Origin: Deltaproteobacteria bacterium
GTDB taxonomy: Bacteria > Desulfobacterota > Binatia > UBA12015
Length of the DNA: 64,000 nucleotides
Direction of reading: 5' to 3'
Assembly (NCBI GenBank): GCA_029262355.1
Contig: JAJCZO010000094.1
Coordinates: 7,212-71,211, forward strand
Shown here piece by piece: positions 17,058 through 26,546 of this stretch. The notes under the pieces were generated by a model. That model saw only the letters and a program-made list of their open reading frames with translations. It was not told the origin of the DNA and did no database searches. The number at the start of each line of letters is the position of its first letter. Positions within the stretch are counted from its first letter, which is position 1. Both the position numbers and the translations under genes were made by a program.

Positions 17058-19922
17058 ATGCTCCTTCTCCGCCTCTCCTGCGCCGCCGCGATCCTTTGGT
17101 GCGCGGGGGCGGCATTCGCGGCCGACGCGGGTGTCGAGGGCAAGAAGCTCGTGATCGTCGACGGGGGGCTCAGCGGGAACGACAAGATCGCCTTCGTCGC
17201 CAAGGGCGCGGACCTCACCAAGGGAGCCGGGACCGATCCCGCGACGATCTCGGCGACGATAGAGCTCTCGCGCGGAGAGATCGGCGGCGCGGTCTCGATT
17301 CCCGCCGGCCCCCTGGGGCCGGGCGTTCCTGGGTGGCGTCAGAATGACGGCTCGCCAGCGCGCTACCAGAACTCGAGTGCGGCGAGCGGCGTGCCGACGG
17401 GAGCTCGGAGCCTGGTCGTGAAGCCCGGCAAGCTTCTGAAGCTCACGACCCGCACTCTCGGGGATGTGCCGATCGATTTTGCGGCGTTCGGCGCATCGAC
17501 CTCGACCCTCCGGACCGTGGCCACGATCGAGAACGACGGCGAGATCTTCAGACATTGCACCGCGTTTCCCGCCGCCGGCATCAAGCGGACCGGGCCCAAC
17601 GGGTCCGGCCGCTCCAAGCTCGTGGCGAGGAACGGCATACCCACGGAGTGCCCCGGCCTCGTCCTCTTTCCGAACCCGCCTCTGCCTTTCGTTGCTCTGT
17701 CGGCGCGGCTCTACTTCGACGCAGCGAGCCCTTCGGCGCTCGCAGCCGCGATCGCCCGCGTATCCCATCCCGAAACCGCCGGCTACTTCTCTAGTTTTCG
17801 GGCGACGGTCGACGGGGCTCTGGGGTCGCTTCCCGCGGCGTCCGACGACACACGCGCGAAGGTCGCGAAGGCCGCCGGCCTGCTTCACGTTCTCGGGCAA
17901 ACCCCACCGGGAGGCAGCGGATTCTCGAGCTACCGCGACGTAGCGGTGACCGCGCTGCTCGGCATCGTCGATCGCACCGCGCTCGACTCCGTGGCCGAGT
18001 TCGTCACGCCGCCTGCGAACTTACTGCACGTGCTCCAGGATTCAGGGCGCCTTCAATCGATGACGGAGGCGTATGACTTCCTGCGTGGCACCGGGATCGC
18101 TCCGGGCGACGACGCGATCATCCGCGCGTTGATTGCCACATGGGCCGATGCGTACGTCCAGGACTGGAACCTGATCGGGGATCCGTTCGGGTTGTTCGCG
18201 GGACACCGTGACAACTGGGCGATCAAGGCCGGCAGCGCGCTCGTCACCACCGCTCTCGCGCTGCCCGGCCACGCTTCCGCCCCCACGTGGCTCGCGGCGG
18301 GCCTGACCTACCTGAACGAATCGCTCCGAAACGTCGTGATGGCGCCGGGTTGGTACGCGGAGAGCCCGCACTACGTGAACTACTCCCTCAACAACCTCGC
18401 CTCCACTGCCTGGCACGTGCGCAACGCGACCGGGGAAGACTGGTTCGATGATCTCGCGCCGTTGGTGGACGTTGCGCTGGCCCTGCGTCAGCCCGACGGC
18501 CAGTCGGCCGCCTTCGAAGAGGGCGTTCCCAACGTCTTCCCGCACGACGTTCTGGCGGCAGCGTACCCGACACGGGCAGCCCAGATGCTCTGGGCGTGGA
18601 ACCAGAGCAGCCAGAATCCCGTGAATTACGACAACCAACAGATTCATTCCGTAACGCGATTCCTGGTCGCGGATCTCGTCACCTTGCCATCGGCGCCCAC
18701 CGGCGCCGCGACGACCTTTCTCGACGGCGACACCCACGTCGCAGCACTGCGTTCGGGCTGGGGCCCGGGAGCCACGCAGCTCACGTCTTTCACCGCGCTC
18801 GACCACGCCAGCACGGAGAGCGTCTCGTCCCGCCACAACATGGAGAATCCACTCGACGTGACGCTGTTCGCCGCGGGGGCGATGCTGCTCCCCACCGCGA
18901 GCGGCGGTCCCCAGGTGACCAGCTCAGCGAATCGCGCCGTCTATCTCGAACCCGGCTCGAAGAACATTCCGCTGGTGGATGGCGATGCGCCCTACCTCGT
19001 CGACCCACTGGCGGCCCAATTCGGCGAGCGACTGGACGGAGAAGTCGTCGACACCGCGAGCACACTCGTTGCCACCTTTGCAGCCGGGGTATCCGTCGAG
19101 CGCACGGTCGCACTGGTCGGCGACGAGTACGGCGTCGTCGTGGACCAGTTCCACGCAGACGCGCCGCGCGAGTACGGCGCGACCTGGCGTGGCCGCGGCG
19201 ATGCGAGCGTGCGAAGCCTCTCCCCCACCCAGCTTGGTGTCGACTACGACTGGCCAACCTCCTCGACCCCCACCGCTCACCTTGCGGTGGACGTCGCTGC
19301 GAGCAGCCCCCTCACCGGGATCGTGGATGCCAGCCTCTATGCCCCCGCATGGGGTGTGGAGGAAACGATCGCGCCACTGCGCGTTTCCGCCACCGGTTCG
19401 GTGCTTCATTTCCTGACCGTGCTGCGACCCCGTGCCAACGGAGCTCCGCCGTCGGCGATCACGTCCGTGGGAGGTGGCACGACCGCGGCCTTCCGCGTGA
19501 CCCTCGCCACGACCGAGCACTTGATCGCCACCGGCGGCGGCGCTCCCCTTGTGGCCGACGGAGTCACGAGCGATGGGACTCTCGCAATCGTCCGGCGCGA
19601 ATCGGGTGTCACGACGAGTCTCACCATGGTGCGCGGGACCTCCATCGACGCGGGCCCCAGCGCCGGCGTCCTCGAATCGGATGAACCCGCCACGGTCTCC
19701 GTGGCCATTGCCGCAGGCAGCGCGCGCGTCGACGTGAGTCCTGACGTTGCCGACTCCTTACGCGTCACACTGCGCGATCTCCCCTCGCTGAGCGGCACCG
19801 CCGCGCACGCGGCAACGTTCGACGGCGAACCACTCACCGGCGGATCGTTCTCACAATCCGGCACCGAGTTTCACATCCGCGTGCCCCACGGTGGCACCGT
19901 CGCGATCACACCAGTGCCCTGA
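17058..19922 (+). CDS. Large secreted protein, tentatively heparinase II/III-like or alginate-lyase-like polysaccharide lyase fold (alpha/alpha toroid + beta-sandwich)
   Basis: The signal peptide is MLLLRLSCAAAILWCAGAAFAADA, with the start refined to 17058. The protein is about 955 aa and Ala/Gly-rich. The family assignment is tentative and rests on architecture and weak motifs (WYAESPHYVNYSLNNLA). Confidence 0.4.
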   Translation: MLLLRLSCAAAILWCAGAAFAADAGVEGKKLVIVDGGLSGNDKIAFVAKGADLTKGAGTDPATISATIELSRGEIGGAVSIPAGPLGPGVPGWRQNDGSPARYQNSSAASGVPTGARSLVVKPGKLLKLTTRTLGDVPIDFAAFGASTSTLRTVATIENDGEIFRHCTAFPAAGIKRTGPNGSGRSKLVARNGIPTECPGLVLFPNPPLPFVALSARLYFDAASPSALAAAIARVSHPETAGYFSSFRATVDGALGSLPAASDDTRAKVAKAAGLLHVLGQTPPGGSGFSSYRDVAVTALLGIVDRTALDSVAEFVTPPANLLHVLQDSGRLQSMTEAYDFLRGTGIAPGDDAIIRALIATWADAYVQDWNLIGDPFGLFAGHRDNWAIKAGSALVTTALALPGHASAPTWLAAGLTYLNESLRNVVMAPGWYAESPHYVNYSLNNLASTAWHVRNATGEDWFDDLAPLVDVALALRQPDGQSAAFEEGVPNVFPHDVLAAAYPTRAAQMLWAWNQSSQNPVNYDNQQIHSVTRFLVADLVTLPSAPTGAATTFLDGDTHVAALRSGWGPGATQLTSFTALDHASTESVSSRHNMENPLDVTLFAAGAMLLPTASGGPQVTSSANRAVYLEPGSKNIPLVDGDAPYLVDPLAAQFGERLDGEVVDTASTLVATFAAGVSVERTVALVGDEYGVVVDQFHADAPREYGATWRGRGDASVRSLSPTQLGVDYDWPTSSTPTAHLAVDVAASSPLTGIVDASLYAPAWGVEETIAPLRVSATGSVLHFLTVLRPRANGAPPSAITSVGGGTTAAFRVTLATTEHLIATGGGAPLVADGVTSDGTLAIVRRESGVTTSLTMVRGTSIDAGPSAGVLESDEPATVSVAIAAGSARVDVSPDVADSLRVTLRDLPSLSGTAAHAATFDGEPLTGGSFSQSGTEFHIRVPHGGTVAITPVP

Positions 19923-20794
19923 TGTTCAACGCCTCGGACCTCGCCCTGCGACGAGCCGCCGCGCTGCTTCCGAGCCGAGCCGGCTACGCGCTGACGCGGC
20001 GGCTCACCCCGCGGCTGGGGGGCGATCAGCGGCGCTGGCTGGGGGGCGTCGTGCGCGAGAAGGCTCTGGCGCTGCTCGGTGACGAAGAATTGGCTACCGC
20101 CACGGGGGAGCGGTTCACTACCGAGGTCGCGTGCGACGACCTCGACGCCGTGACGTCGGTGGCTTGGCGCGAATCGCGGCGACTCGCCGCAACCTCCGTC
20201 GTCGGACCCGAGCACCTGCCCCAGGTGGGCCCGGCCATCGTGACCAGCTTCCACTTCTCAGGCGGTTTCCGGGTGTTCGACGTGCTTCGGACCCGGGGAC
20301 TGCGACCGACCTTCCTACACGCACCGCCGCGCGAGGTGCCTCGGGGCTATGGCGCGACGATGCACGAACTACGGATGCATCATCTCCGCCAGTACCTCAC
20401 GCCACCGCTCATCGAGCCGGGCCCGGGCGCAAGAGAGGCCCTCGATCGCCATCTCGGTGAAGGTGGGGTCATCGTCGGCCTGCTCGACGTCGCACCGGCG
20501 ATGCTCGATCTGCGGGATCACGCCGGGTGCACCCTCCTCGGCCGACGACTTCGGCTTCCCGTTGGGCTGCTTCGGCTCGCCATCAAGCACGCGGCACCGG
20601 TGATCCCCTACGACGGACGGATCGACCGCAACGAGCGGGTGCTCGAATTCCACCCTCCGGCCCACGGCGACGATCCCGAGGCGCTGCTCGCCGACGTCCT
20701 CCTGACCTGCGAACACGTCATCCGTGAGCGACCCTGGACGTGGCAGGCCTGGCTGGATGCGGACGGCTTCTTTGCGACGGCGGCGGCCGGTTGA
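19922..20794 (+). CDS. LpxL/HtrB-family (lipid A / lysophospholipid acyltransferase superfamily) protein with an atypical catalytic motif
   Basis: PAIVTSFHFSGGF aligns with the xIVTGHFGNWEL motif; the His is retained but the acidic residue is replaced. The ATG overlaps the upstream stop by 1 nt (TGATG). Confidence 0.4.
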   Translation: MFNASDLALRRAAALLPSRAGYALTRRLTPRLGGDQRRWLGGVVREKALALLGDEELATATGERFTTEVACDDLDAVTSVAWRESRRLAATSVVGPEHLPQVGPAIVTSFHFSGGFRVFDVLRTRGLRPTFLHAPPREVPRGYGATMHELRMHHLRQYLTPPLIEPGPGAREALDRHLGEGGVIVGLLDVAPAMLDLRDHAGCTLLGRRLRLPVGLLRLAIKHAAPVIPYDGRIDRNERVLEFHPPAHGDDPEALLADVLLTCEHVIRERPWTWQAWLDADGFFATAAAG

Positions 20795-20810
20795 GCGAAG
20801 TTCTCCTTGT

Positions 20811-20841
20811 GGCCGACCCGCCGATGGTCTTACAATTCGTC
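20811..20841 (+). promoter_or_regulatory. Candidate sigma-70-like promoter (TTGTGG, 18-nt spacer, TACAAT) upstream of the TetR gene, with a weak inverted repeat (TTAC-N10-GTAA) overlapping the -10 element as a possible operator
   Basis: Found by inspecting the 65-nt intergenic region 20795-20859. Confidence 0.3.
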
Positions 20842-20859
20842 AAGTAATCGGGTGCCCTC

Positions 20860-21489
20860 ATGGCCGATGAACCCACCGCAGCCACCCCGCCATCCAACCC
20901 TCAGGGGGAACGTCGACGGCGTCAGTTTCTCGAGATCGCGAAGCACCTGATCGTCGAGGAGGGCGTCGAGGCGGTGCGGGTCCCGCGGGTCGCCGAGATC
21001 GCAGGCTGTGGAAGGACGCTGTTCTACCGCTACTTCCCTCGCCGGGAAGATCTGCTCATGGCTGTCCTGACGGACTACTACGAGCTACTCGGGGCTCTCT
21101 CGGCCGAGACGATCGACGCGGGCATGCGAGCCTTCATCGATAGTGAGGAGATCCCCGAAGAGTCGCGAGTCTTGATGGCTCTCGTTTGGGACGGGCTCGA
21201 CGCCACCGGCCCCGCCGGCCTCATCCTACGTTCGACGCCAAACCTCAACCGAGAGCTCAAGGATCACGCGAAGACGTTTCGCGAACGATACGACGAGCGT
21301 TGGCACCGGCCGCTGCGCGCGATCGGCATGACCCCCCTCGAAGCAGACGTGGCCGTCGAGGCAGGTCTCTATCTACTCAACACGCTCTACGCGCGCGTCC
21401 GCGCCGGGGAAGTCGACCGCGCCGAAGCGATCGACGTCTGGCTGCGCGCCCTTTCGACCGTGACGCGCGGCCTGCGCTCGGGCGCATGA
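20860..21489 (+). CDS. TetR/AcrR family transcriptional regulator
   Basis: The N-terminal HTH reads RRRRQFLEIAKHLIVEEGVEAVRVPRVAEIAGCGRTLFYRYFPRREDLL. Confidence 0.85.
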   Translation: MADEPTAATPPSNPQGERRRRQFLEIAKHLIVEEGVEAVRVPRVAEIAGCGRTLFYRYFPRREDLLMAVLTDYYELLGALSAETIDAGMRAFIDSEEIPEESRVLMALVWDGLDATGPAGLILRSTPNLNRELKDHAKTFRERYDERWHRPLRAIGMTPLEADVAVEAGLYLLNTLYARVRAGEVDRAEAIDVWLRALSTVTRGLRSGA

Positions 21490-21493
21490 AAAA

Positions 21494-21549
21494 GGGGGAC
21501 GCACCAAAATGCGTCCCCCTCTTTTCAACTCAGGGACGTAGAACGTCCC
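21494..21549. terminator. Bidirectional rho-independent terminator between the convergent TetR and DsbA genes, two hairpins
   Basis: AAAA GGGGGACGC accaaaat GCGTCCCCC TCTTTTC is a perfect 9-bp GC-rich stem flanked by an A-tract and a T-tract, so it reads as a terminator on both strands. A second hairpin, GGGACG tagaa CGTCCC, follows at 21533-21549. Confidence 0.7.
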
Positions 21550-21565
21550 TTGGCGCGTCGCTCGC

Positions 21566-22498
21566 TCAGGATGCGCCGGCTTTGGCCTTTTCGATCAACG
21601 GAACAAACGCGGTGATCGGCTGCGCGCCGTTCAGGAACTCTCCGTTCACGAAGAACCCTGGCGTCCCGGAGACGCCCATCGCCTGGCCGAACGCCATGTC
21701 GGCGTCGACCTTCGCTGCTTCGGCGACGTACTCCGGCGAGCTCGTGTCGCCCGCACACTTCTCCCAGGCAGCCATGTCGATGCCGGAGTCCTTCAGGTAC
21801 TTCTTGCTCTCGGCCACGACGTTGTCCGGCTTCAGCTGCTTCTGATTCTTGAAGAACGAATCGTGCAGAGTCCAGAACGCGTCGTGGTTCTGGTTGGCGG
21901 CACAGTTCGCGGCGATGGCGGCCGGCTTGGCCCACGGGTGGAAGTTCAACGGGAAGTGCTGGAAGACGAACTTCACGTCGTTCGGGTACTTGACCAGGAT
22001 CTCCTCGACGGTGTTGGCCCCCCGTGTGCAATACGGGCACTGGAAGTCGGAGAATTCGACGATCGTGACCTTGGCATCCGCGTTTCCGCGGAACGGGCGG
22101 CCCTCGAGCGAAGCGGCGAGCTTCGTGGTGCGCTCTGCGGCTTCCTTCTTCTTCTCCTCCTCGACCCGCGCCATCTCGACCTTGATCTCGGCCTCGCTGC
22201 GGCTCACGTCCATGGCCTCGCCCTGGAGCAGCCAGAGCTGCTTGTCGTCGGTCGTCACCAGGAAGTTGTAGGGCCGGCCGCGCACGTTGAACGTGCCCTT
22301 TTCGAGCCCCTCGATGCCACTGGGGCCGATCGTGCCCATGACGGGCTCCATCTCGCCGAGCTGCGGCATGTTGAGTTTGAGATTTCCGAGGATCTTCGCG
22401 TTGCGATCCCCCTGGGCTTCTGCGGGCACGGCCGTCAGGGCGACAGCCGTCAGGGCGGCGCACGCGGCGATCGCCATCGAACGAGACGTAAGCTTCAT
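21566..22498 (-). CDS. Secreted DsbA-family thiol:disulfide oxidoreductase
   Basis: The signal peptide is MKLTSRSMAIAACAALTAVALTAVPAEAQ. The CPYC active site is in FSDFQCPYCTRG, within a thioredoxin fold with a helical insertion. The start was refined to the internal ATG. Confidence 0.8.
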   Translation of the reverse strand: MKLTSRSMAIAACAALTAVALTAVPAEAQGDRNAKILGNLKLNMPQLGEMEPVMGTIGPSGIEGLEKGTFNVRGRPYNFLVTTDDKQLWLLQGEAMDVSRSEAEIKVEMARVEEEKKKEAAERTTKLAASLEGRPFRGNADAKVTIVEFSDFQCPYCTRGANTVEEILVKYPNDVKFVFQHFPLNFHPWAKPAAIAANCAANQNHDAFWTLHDSFFKNQKQLKPDNVVAESKKYLKDSGIDMAAWEKCAGDTSSPEYVAEAAKVDADMAFGQAMGVSGTPGFFVNGEFLNGAQPITAFVPLIEKAKAGAS

Positions 22499-22755
22499 GG
22501 TCCTTTTTCCTCTCAACAGGGCCCCAGGCACGGGAGAATCCCGGTGCGGGGCGAAAGTCGGCCCGCCGAGCGACGGACCACCGATCCAGCCAACTTATCC
22601 GTGCGGTCAGATTCGAGCAACTGCGGTGGGGGGACGTCGGCAAATCTCGGCGAAATCTTGAATCGGCCGACCCGTGACGCCCTGGGGCGGGTGCGGAGCG
22701 TCCGCATCGTGGCAATGGGAGAGTTCCCCGAAATTTGCCAGCGCCCCCGTGTGTC

Positions 22756-25179
22756 TCAGAACCGGTAGCTCAGCTCCCCGCCGAAGGTCCTTGGGGGGGA
22801 GTAGAAGTTCGTCAGGGTGCCCGCAACGTTCACGATGGAGAGAGTCGAGCTGAAATAGTCCTCGTCGATCAGGTTCTTCGCCCAAAGAGCGACCTGGGCC
22901 CGGTCGTCCAGGAAATCGTAGCTCAGGCGGGCGTGGAGTAGGTTGTAGCCGCGCTGGGTTGCCTGCTCGAGCTCCACGAAGTCCCAGTGGACGGCGCTCT
23001 GGTAGTACCACTCGACCCGGGGCGTGACCCAACCTGTGAGCCAATCCGAGTCGGCCAGCTCCACGGGGAGCGAGTACTGCACCGCGAGATGGGTCTGCCA
23101 CTTGGGGACGCCGTTGAAGGTTTGCCCCGCTCGGTCGACCGGCTCGTCGCCGAAGGAACTCGGCCCCGTAAAATCGTCGTACGTGGCATCCGTCAGGCCG
23201 ACCGAACCCCGCAACTGGAGGCCCGCTACCGGGAGAGCCATCGCCTCGAGCTCGAAGCCCTTCGTGGTGGCCTTCGCCGCATTCAGCGTCAGCCGCTCGA
23301 AGACTGGATTGTTGGGATCCCCCCCGCTCTCGACCCGAATCGTCGTCACCTGGATGTCGTCGTACTTGCCGAGAAACGCGGCCAAGTTGAACGTCAGCCG
23401 CTGGTCGAACGAGATCGTCTTCAGACCGACCTCGAACGAGTCGAGGGTCTCCGGGTCGAACGGATCCAGGCGGTCCGTCGGCGCGCCGACCGCCAGATTG
23501 AAACCACCGCCTTTGAAGCCCCGCGAGTAGCTGCCGTACGCCATCACGTGATCGAAAACCTGCATCGCGTCGAGTAACCCGTCGGGCGCGCGCAGCGCCA
23601 CGCTGCCCATCGGAGTCCACGCGGTGAAGATCGCCGAGTTCTGCGCAAACGTGGTGGGCATCGTCGGATCGCCGAGCTCGACCGTCGTCGCCGACGCGCC
23701 TTTCTTCTCTTCGGTGTATCGAATGCCACCGGTCAGGCTGAGCCAATCGGTCAACTCGGCGGTGGCCTGAGTGTAGAGAGCCCAGTTCCAGTTGTTGAAC
23801 TCCTGACGTTGCTCCGTCACCTGGCCGAGCACCTCCGGCACCACCGAGAGAACGGTCGTCGCGTCCTGCTTCTCCCAGAGTCCGAACGCGCCCGCGACGA
23901 AGACGAGCCGATTGTCCCACGCCTCCCCGTTCACCTGCAGCTCGGCCTGCTCGCTGTCGAGCACGAACGGCTCTCCCTGCTCCCGCCCCCCGCCGTTGGC
24001 CGCGAGGCTCGCCACGGCGAACTGCGTGCCGTCCAGATCGAAGCGATTGGACGCCACGTTCCGGCGCCAGGAGCCGATCGCCTTCGCAGCGAGCGCGTCG
24101 AGAGGCCCGACCTCCCCAAAATCCCAGTTCAACACACCCCACACCCCGGGGTTCGTCGACGACTGCAGCCCCTGCGCATCCCCCTGGAACTCGAAGGGCT
24201 CCGAGTCGGCGCAGGCCTCGAAGTAGCCGGGCACGAGATTCCCCAGGCCCTGCTCCGCCGCAACCCGACAGCGAGGGGCCGGGCCGTGCCCGTGGTTCGT
24301 CGCGTACACGCCGGTCACGTCGAACGTCACGTCGTCCATCGGCAGGAAGCGCAACGTGCCGAGAAACGAGAGCACGTCGGCATCGTTGTACGGAAGCCCG
24401 ATCAGCGTGTTGCGCGTGTAGCCGTTCGTCGTCCTCGACCCGAACGCCATACGACTCAACAGCCAATCGGTGATCGGGACGTTCAGCATGGCGCGCGTCT
24501 CGACCGTGCCGAAGTTGCTCGGCCGAATCATCGCGAAGCCTTCGAGCTGATCGTGCGGCTTCACGGTCGAAACGTTGATCGCGCCGCCGATGGTATTCTT
24601 CCCAAACAGCGTTCCCTGGGGCCCGCGAAGAACTTCCACCTGTTCGATGTCCACGATGTCGAACATCTGGAAACCGGTGCGCGACAGAAAGACACCGTCG
24701 AAGTAGATCCCGACGCCAGGATCGAAGATGCCGTCGATCGCCGAAGTCCCGACGCCGCGGATCTTGATCTCGGAGTCGACCCCGGTGAACGACTGGGTGA
24801 ACATCAGATTCGGAACCAGCTGCTGCACCCCGTCAATGCTCGTGATGCCAGCCTCACGCAGCTGCCCCTCGCTCACCGCCGTGACCGACACCGGCGTATC
24901 CTCGAGCATCTCGGCGCGCTTGCGGGCAAGGACCACGATCTCCTCGACCGTGGCCCTCTCGTGTCGAGAAACGCCGGGAACCGCGCCGCCGGCCTCGGCG
25001 CGCTCCGCCTGCGCCTCGGCCGCATCGGCCTCTCGCGCGATTCCCGCACCGGCCGGCCGATCTTCGATCGACTCGACGTAACCCGCGGGCGCCTCGACAC
25101 CTTGGGCCTGGGCGACGGCGGCGCCGAGGGCGGGCGGTCCGAGAAGCACGGCGAAGGCTATGACCCAGCGCAAGTTCAT
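22756..25179 (-). CDS. TonB-dependent outer-membrane receptor
   Basis: There is a signal peptide and a plug domain (DTPVSVTAVSEGQLREAGITSIDGVQQLVPNL; VEVLRGPQGTLFGKNTIGGAINV). A long beta-barrel follows and the C-terminus ends in ...GELSYRF. Confidence 0.9.
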   Translation of the reverse strand: MNLRWVIAFAVLLGPPALGAAVAQAQGVEAPAGYVESIEDRPAGAGIAREADAAEAQAERAEAGGAVPGVSRHERATVEEIVVLARKRAEMLEDTPVSVTAVSEGQLREAGITSIDGVQQLVPNLMFTQSFTGVDSEIKIRGVGTSAIDGIFDPGVGIYFDGVFLSRTGFQMFDIVDIEQVEVLRGPQGTLFGKNTIGGAINVSTVKPHDQLEGFAMIRPSNFGTVETRAMLNVPITDWLLSRMAFGSRTTNGYTRNTLIGLPYNDADVLSFLGTLRFLPMDDVTFDVTGVYATNHGHGPAPRCRVAAEQGLGNLVPGYFEACADSEPFEFQGDAQGLQSSTNPGVWGVLNWDFGEVGPLDALAAKAIGSWRRNVASNRFDLDGTQFAVASLAANGGGREQGEPFVLDSEQAELQVNGEAWDNRLVFVAGAFGLWEKQDATTVLSVVPEVLGQVTEQRQEFNNWNWALYTQATAELTDWLSLTGGIRYTEEKKGASATTVELGDPTMPTTFAQNSAIFTAWTPMGSVALRAPDGLLDAMQVFDHVMAYGSYSRGFKGGGFNLAVGAPTDRLDPFDPETLDSFEVGLKTISFDQRLTFNLAAFLGKYDDIQVTTIRVESGGDPNNPVFERLTLNAAKATTKGFELEAMALPVAGLQLRGSVGLTDATYDDFTGPSSFGDEPVDRAGQTFNGVPKWQTHLAVQYSLPVELADSDWLTGWVTPRVEWYYQSAVHWDFVELEQATQRGYNLLHARLSYDFLDDRAQVALWAKNLIDEDYFSSTLSIVNVAGTLTNFYSPPRTFGGELSYRF

Positions 25180-25295
25180 GCAGGGTTCCTGACGCAGCCG
25201 AGGACACGGGTCAACCGCGCCCCAACCGGTCCAAGCGACCCTCAGGACAACGAACGAATGTCGGGTAGTGGGCGACCGACACGACGAGCGGAGAA

Positions 25296-25922
25296 CTACG
25301 CCTTGGGCTCGTCGTCGGGTGACTTGTCGGTCGCGGGCTTCTCACCTTCTTCGAGCTCTTGGGGCTCCCCGTCCTCTTCGATGAGCTCCGGCTCCGGCTC
25401 CGGAGCCTTTACGACGATGACACCCATCTCGTACTCGGTCTTCGGACACTTCAAGTTGGGAGCTCCGCCGTTCGGCTGGTTGAGACGAAGGCGACATGTC
25501 TCCCACGTGCCGTGACGCTTGCCAGCCTCGAAGCAGCCACTTTCCTCTACGAGTCGCTCCCGAAACGAGAGCACCCAATCACACCCGTGCGGCACACCCT
25601 CTGCGTTGAAGGGCCCCCAACCGAAGTCGATCCACTTTCCCGTGTGCTCTTGCTTGTAGGCCACCACGCCGTCGACCGTGTTGCCCTCGGTGATCGGCAC
25701 CGTGCACCGCTCGCCCGCCGCGTCGACGGCGCAGGGGAACGAGCGCACGGCGGGGGTCGGCTCGGGAGCAGACTCGTCGGCACCCTCCTCGCCTTGCTGA
25801 ACCTCGACGGCGGCTTCCGCGATGGGCTCTGGGGCCTTCTTGTCCTGCGCCAACGCGAGGGGCGCGACGAAAACCGCGAGGGCGACGAGCAGTGCGTGAG
25901 ACATCATTTTCATGGAAATCAT
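25296..25922 (-). CDS. Secreted hypothetical protein with MORN-variant-like repeats and an acidic Pro/Glu-rich tail
   Basis: The signal peptide is MKMMSHALLVALAVFVAPLALAQ. GKWIDFGWGPFNAEGVPHGCDWVL...GKRHGTWETC resembles YwqK/MORN-variant repeats. It lies upstream of and co-oriented with the TonB receptor. Confidence 0.5.
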   Translation of the reverse strand: MISMKMMSHALLVALAVFVAPLALAQDKKAPEPIAEAAVEVQQGEEGADESAPEPTPAVRSFPCAVDAAGERCTVPITEGNTVDGVVAYKQEHTGKWIDFGWGPFNAEGVPHGCDWVLSFRERLVEESGCFEAGKRHGTWETCRLRLNQPNGGAPNLKCPKTEYEMGVIVVKAPEPEPELIEEDGEPQELEEGEKPATDKSPDDEPKA

Positions 25923-26036
25923 CCGATCGGGCTGCCCCCTTGGCAGGGGTCGTTTTGACGAATTCGTTAGCTACTACGTGCGCACATGTCGCGTCGAGCC
26001 CCTGGCGCCCGACGCTCGGAGGAGCGAAGATTCAGC

Positions 26037-26495
26037 ATGGAACTGACCGAAGAAATCATCGGCAAGCTCAAACACTCGCTTGCGACCGGGATCCCCGCGG
26101 TCGCGCGGACCGGCATCGAGGTCCTCGAGCTCGATCGCGGGTACGTGAAGATGAGGATGCCCTTCGAGCCCAACATCAATCATGTCCAGATCATGTACGC
26201 GGGCTCGCTGTTCACCCTCGCCGAGCTCCCGGGCGGGGCGATCTTCGCCACCTCGTTCGACAGCACCCGGTTCTATCCGATCGTGAGGGACATGAGCATT
26301 CGCTTCCGCCGCCCCGCCAAGACGGACGTGACGGTCGAGGTTCGGTTGGACGAGAAGGAAGCCGCCGAGATCGCAGCCCGAGCGGAGCGCGACGGCAAGG
26401 CCGACTACGAGTGGGAGTGCCAGCTCAAGGACACGACGGGTGAAGTCGTGGCGATCACGAAGAACATTTACCAACTCCGCCGGATCGGCTCGTAG
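26037..26495 (+). CDS. Hotdog-fold thioesterase-like protein (PaaI/YiiD-C-terminal/DUF4442-like)
   Basis: The ~150-aa sequence reads TGIEVLELDRGYVKMRMPFEPNINHVQIMYAGSLFTLAELPGGAIF. The start was refined to the ATG at 26037. Confidence 0.55.
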   Translation: MELTEEIIGKLKHSLATGIPAVARTGIEVLELDRGYVKMRMPFEPNINHVQIMYAGSLFTLAELPGGAIFATSFDSTRFYPIVRDMSIRFRRPAKTDVTVEVRLDEKEAAEIAARAERDGKADYEWECQLKDTTGEVVAITKNIYQLRRIGS

Positions 26496-26538
26496 ACACG
26501 AAGAACATCTACCAACTCCGCCGGATCGGCTCGTAGAC
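26457..26538. repeat. 41-bp tandem direct duplication (2 copies, 1 mismatch) spanning the stop codon of the thioesterase gene
   Basis: Copy 1 is ACGAAGAACATTTACCAACTCCGCCGGATCGGCTCGTAGAC at 26457-26497. Copy 2 at 26498-26538 is identical except T>C at position 12. Confidence 0.85.
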
Positions 26539-26546
26539 GCGGTCCG

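Noticed and set aside
17043-19864. Antisense ORFs (17043-17900, 18042-18836, 19406-19864) within the large secreted protein gene
   Set aside because: Same reason: GC-driven open frames with no motifs and low-complexity composition.
22607-25515. Long ORFs overlapping the TonB receptor gene (22607-24466 minus, alternate frame; 23809-25515 plus, antisense)
   Set aside because: The TonB-dependent receptor reading frame has clear plug and barrel motifs and a terminal aromatic residue. The overlapping ORFs are Arg/Gly/Pro-rich with no recognisable motifs.
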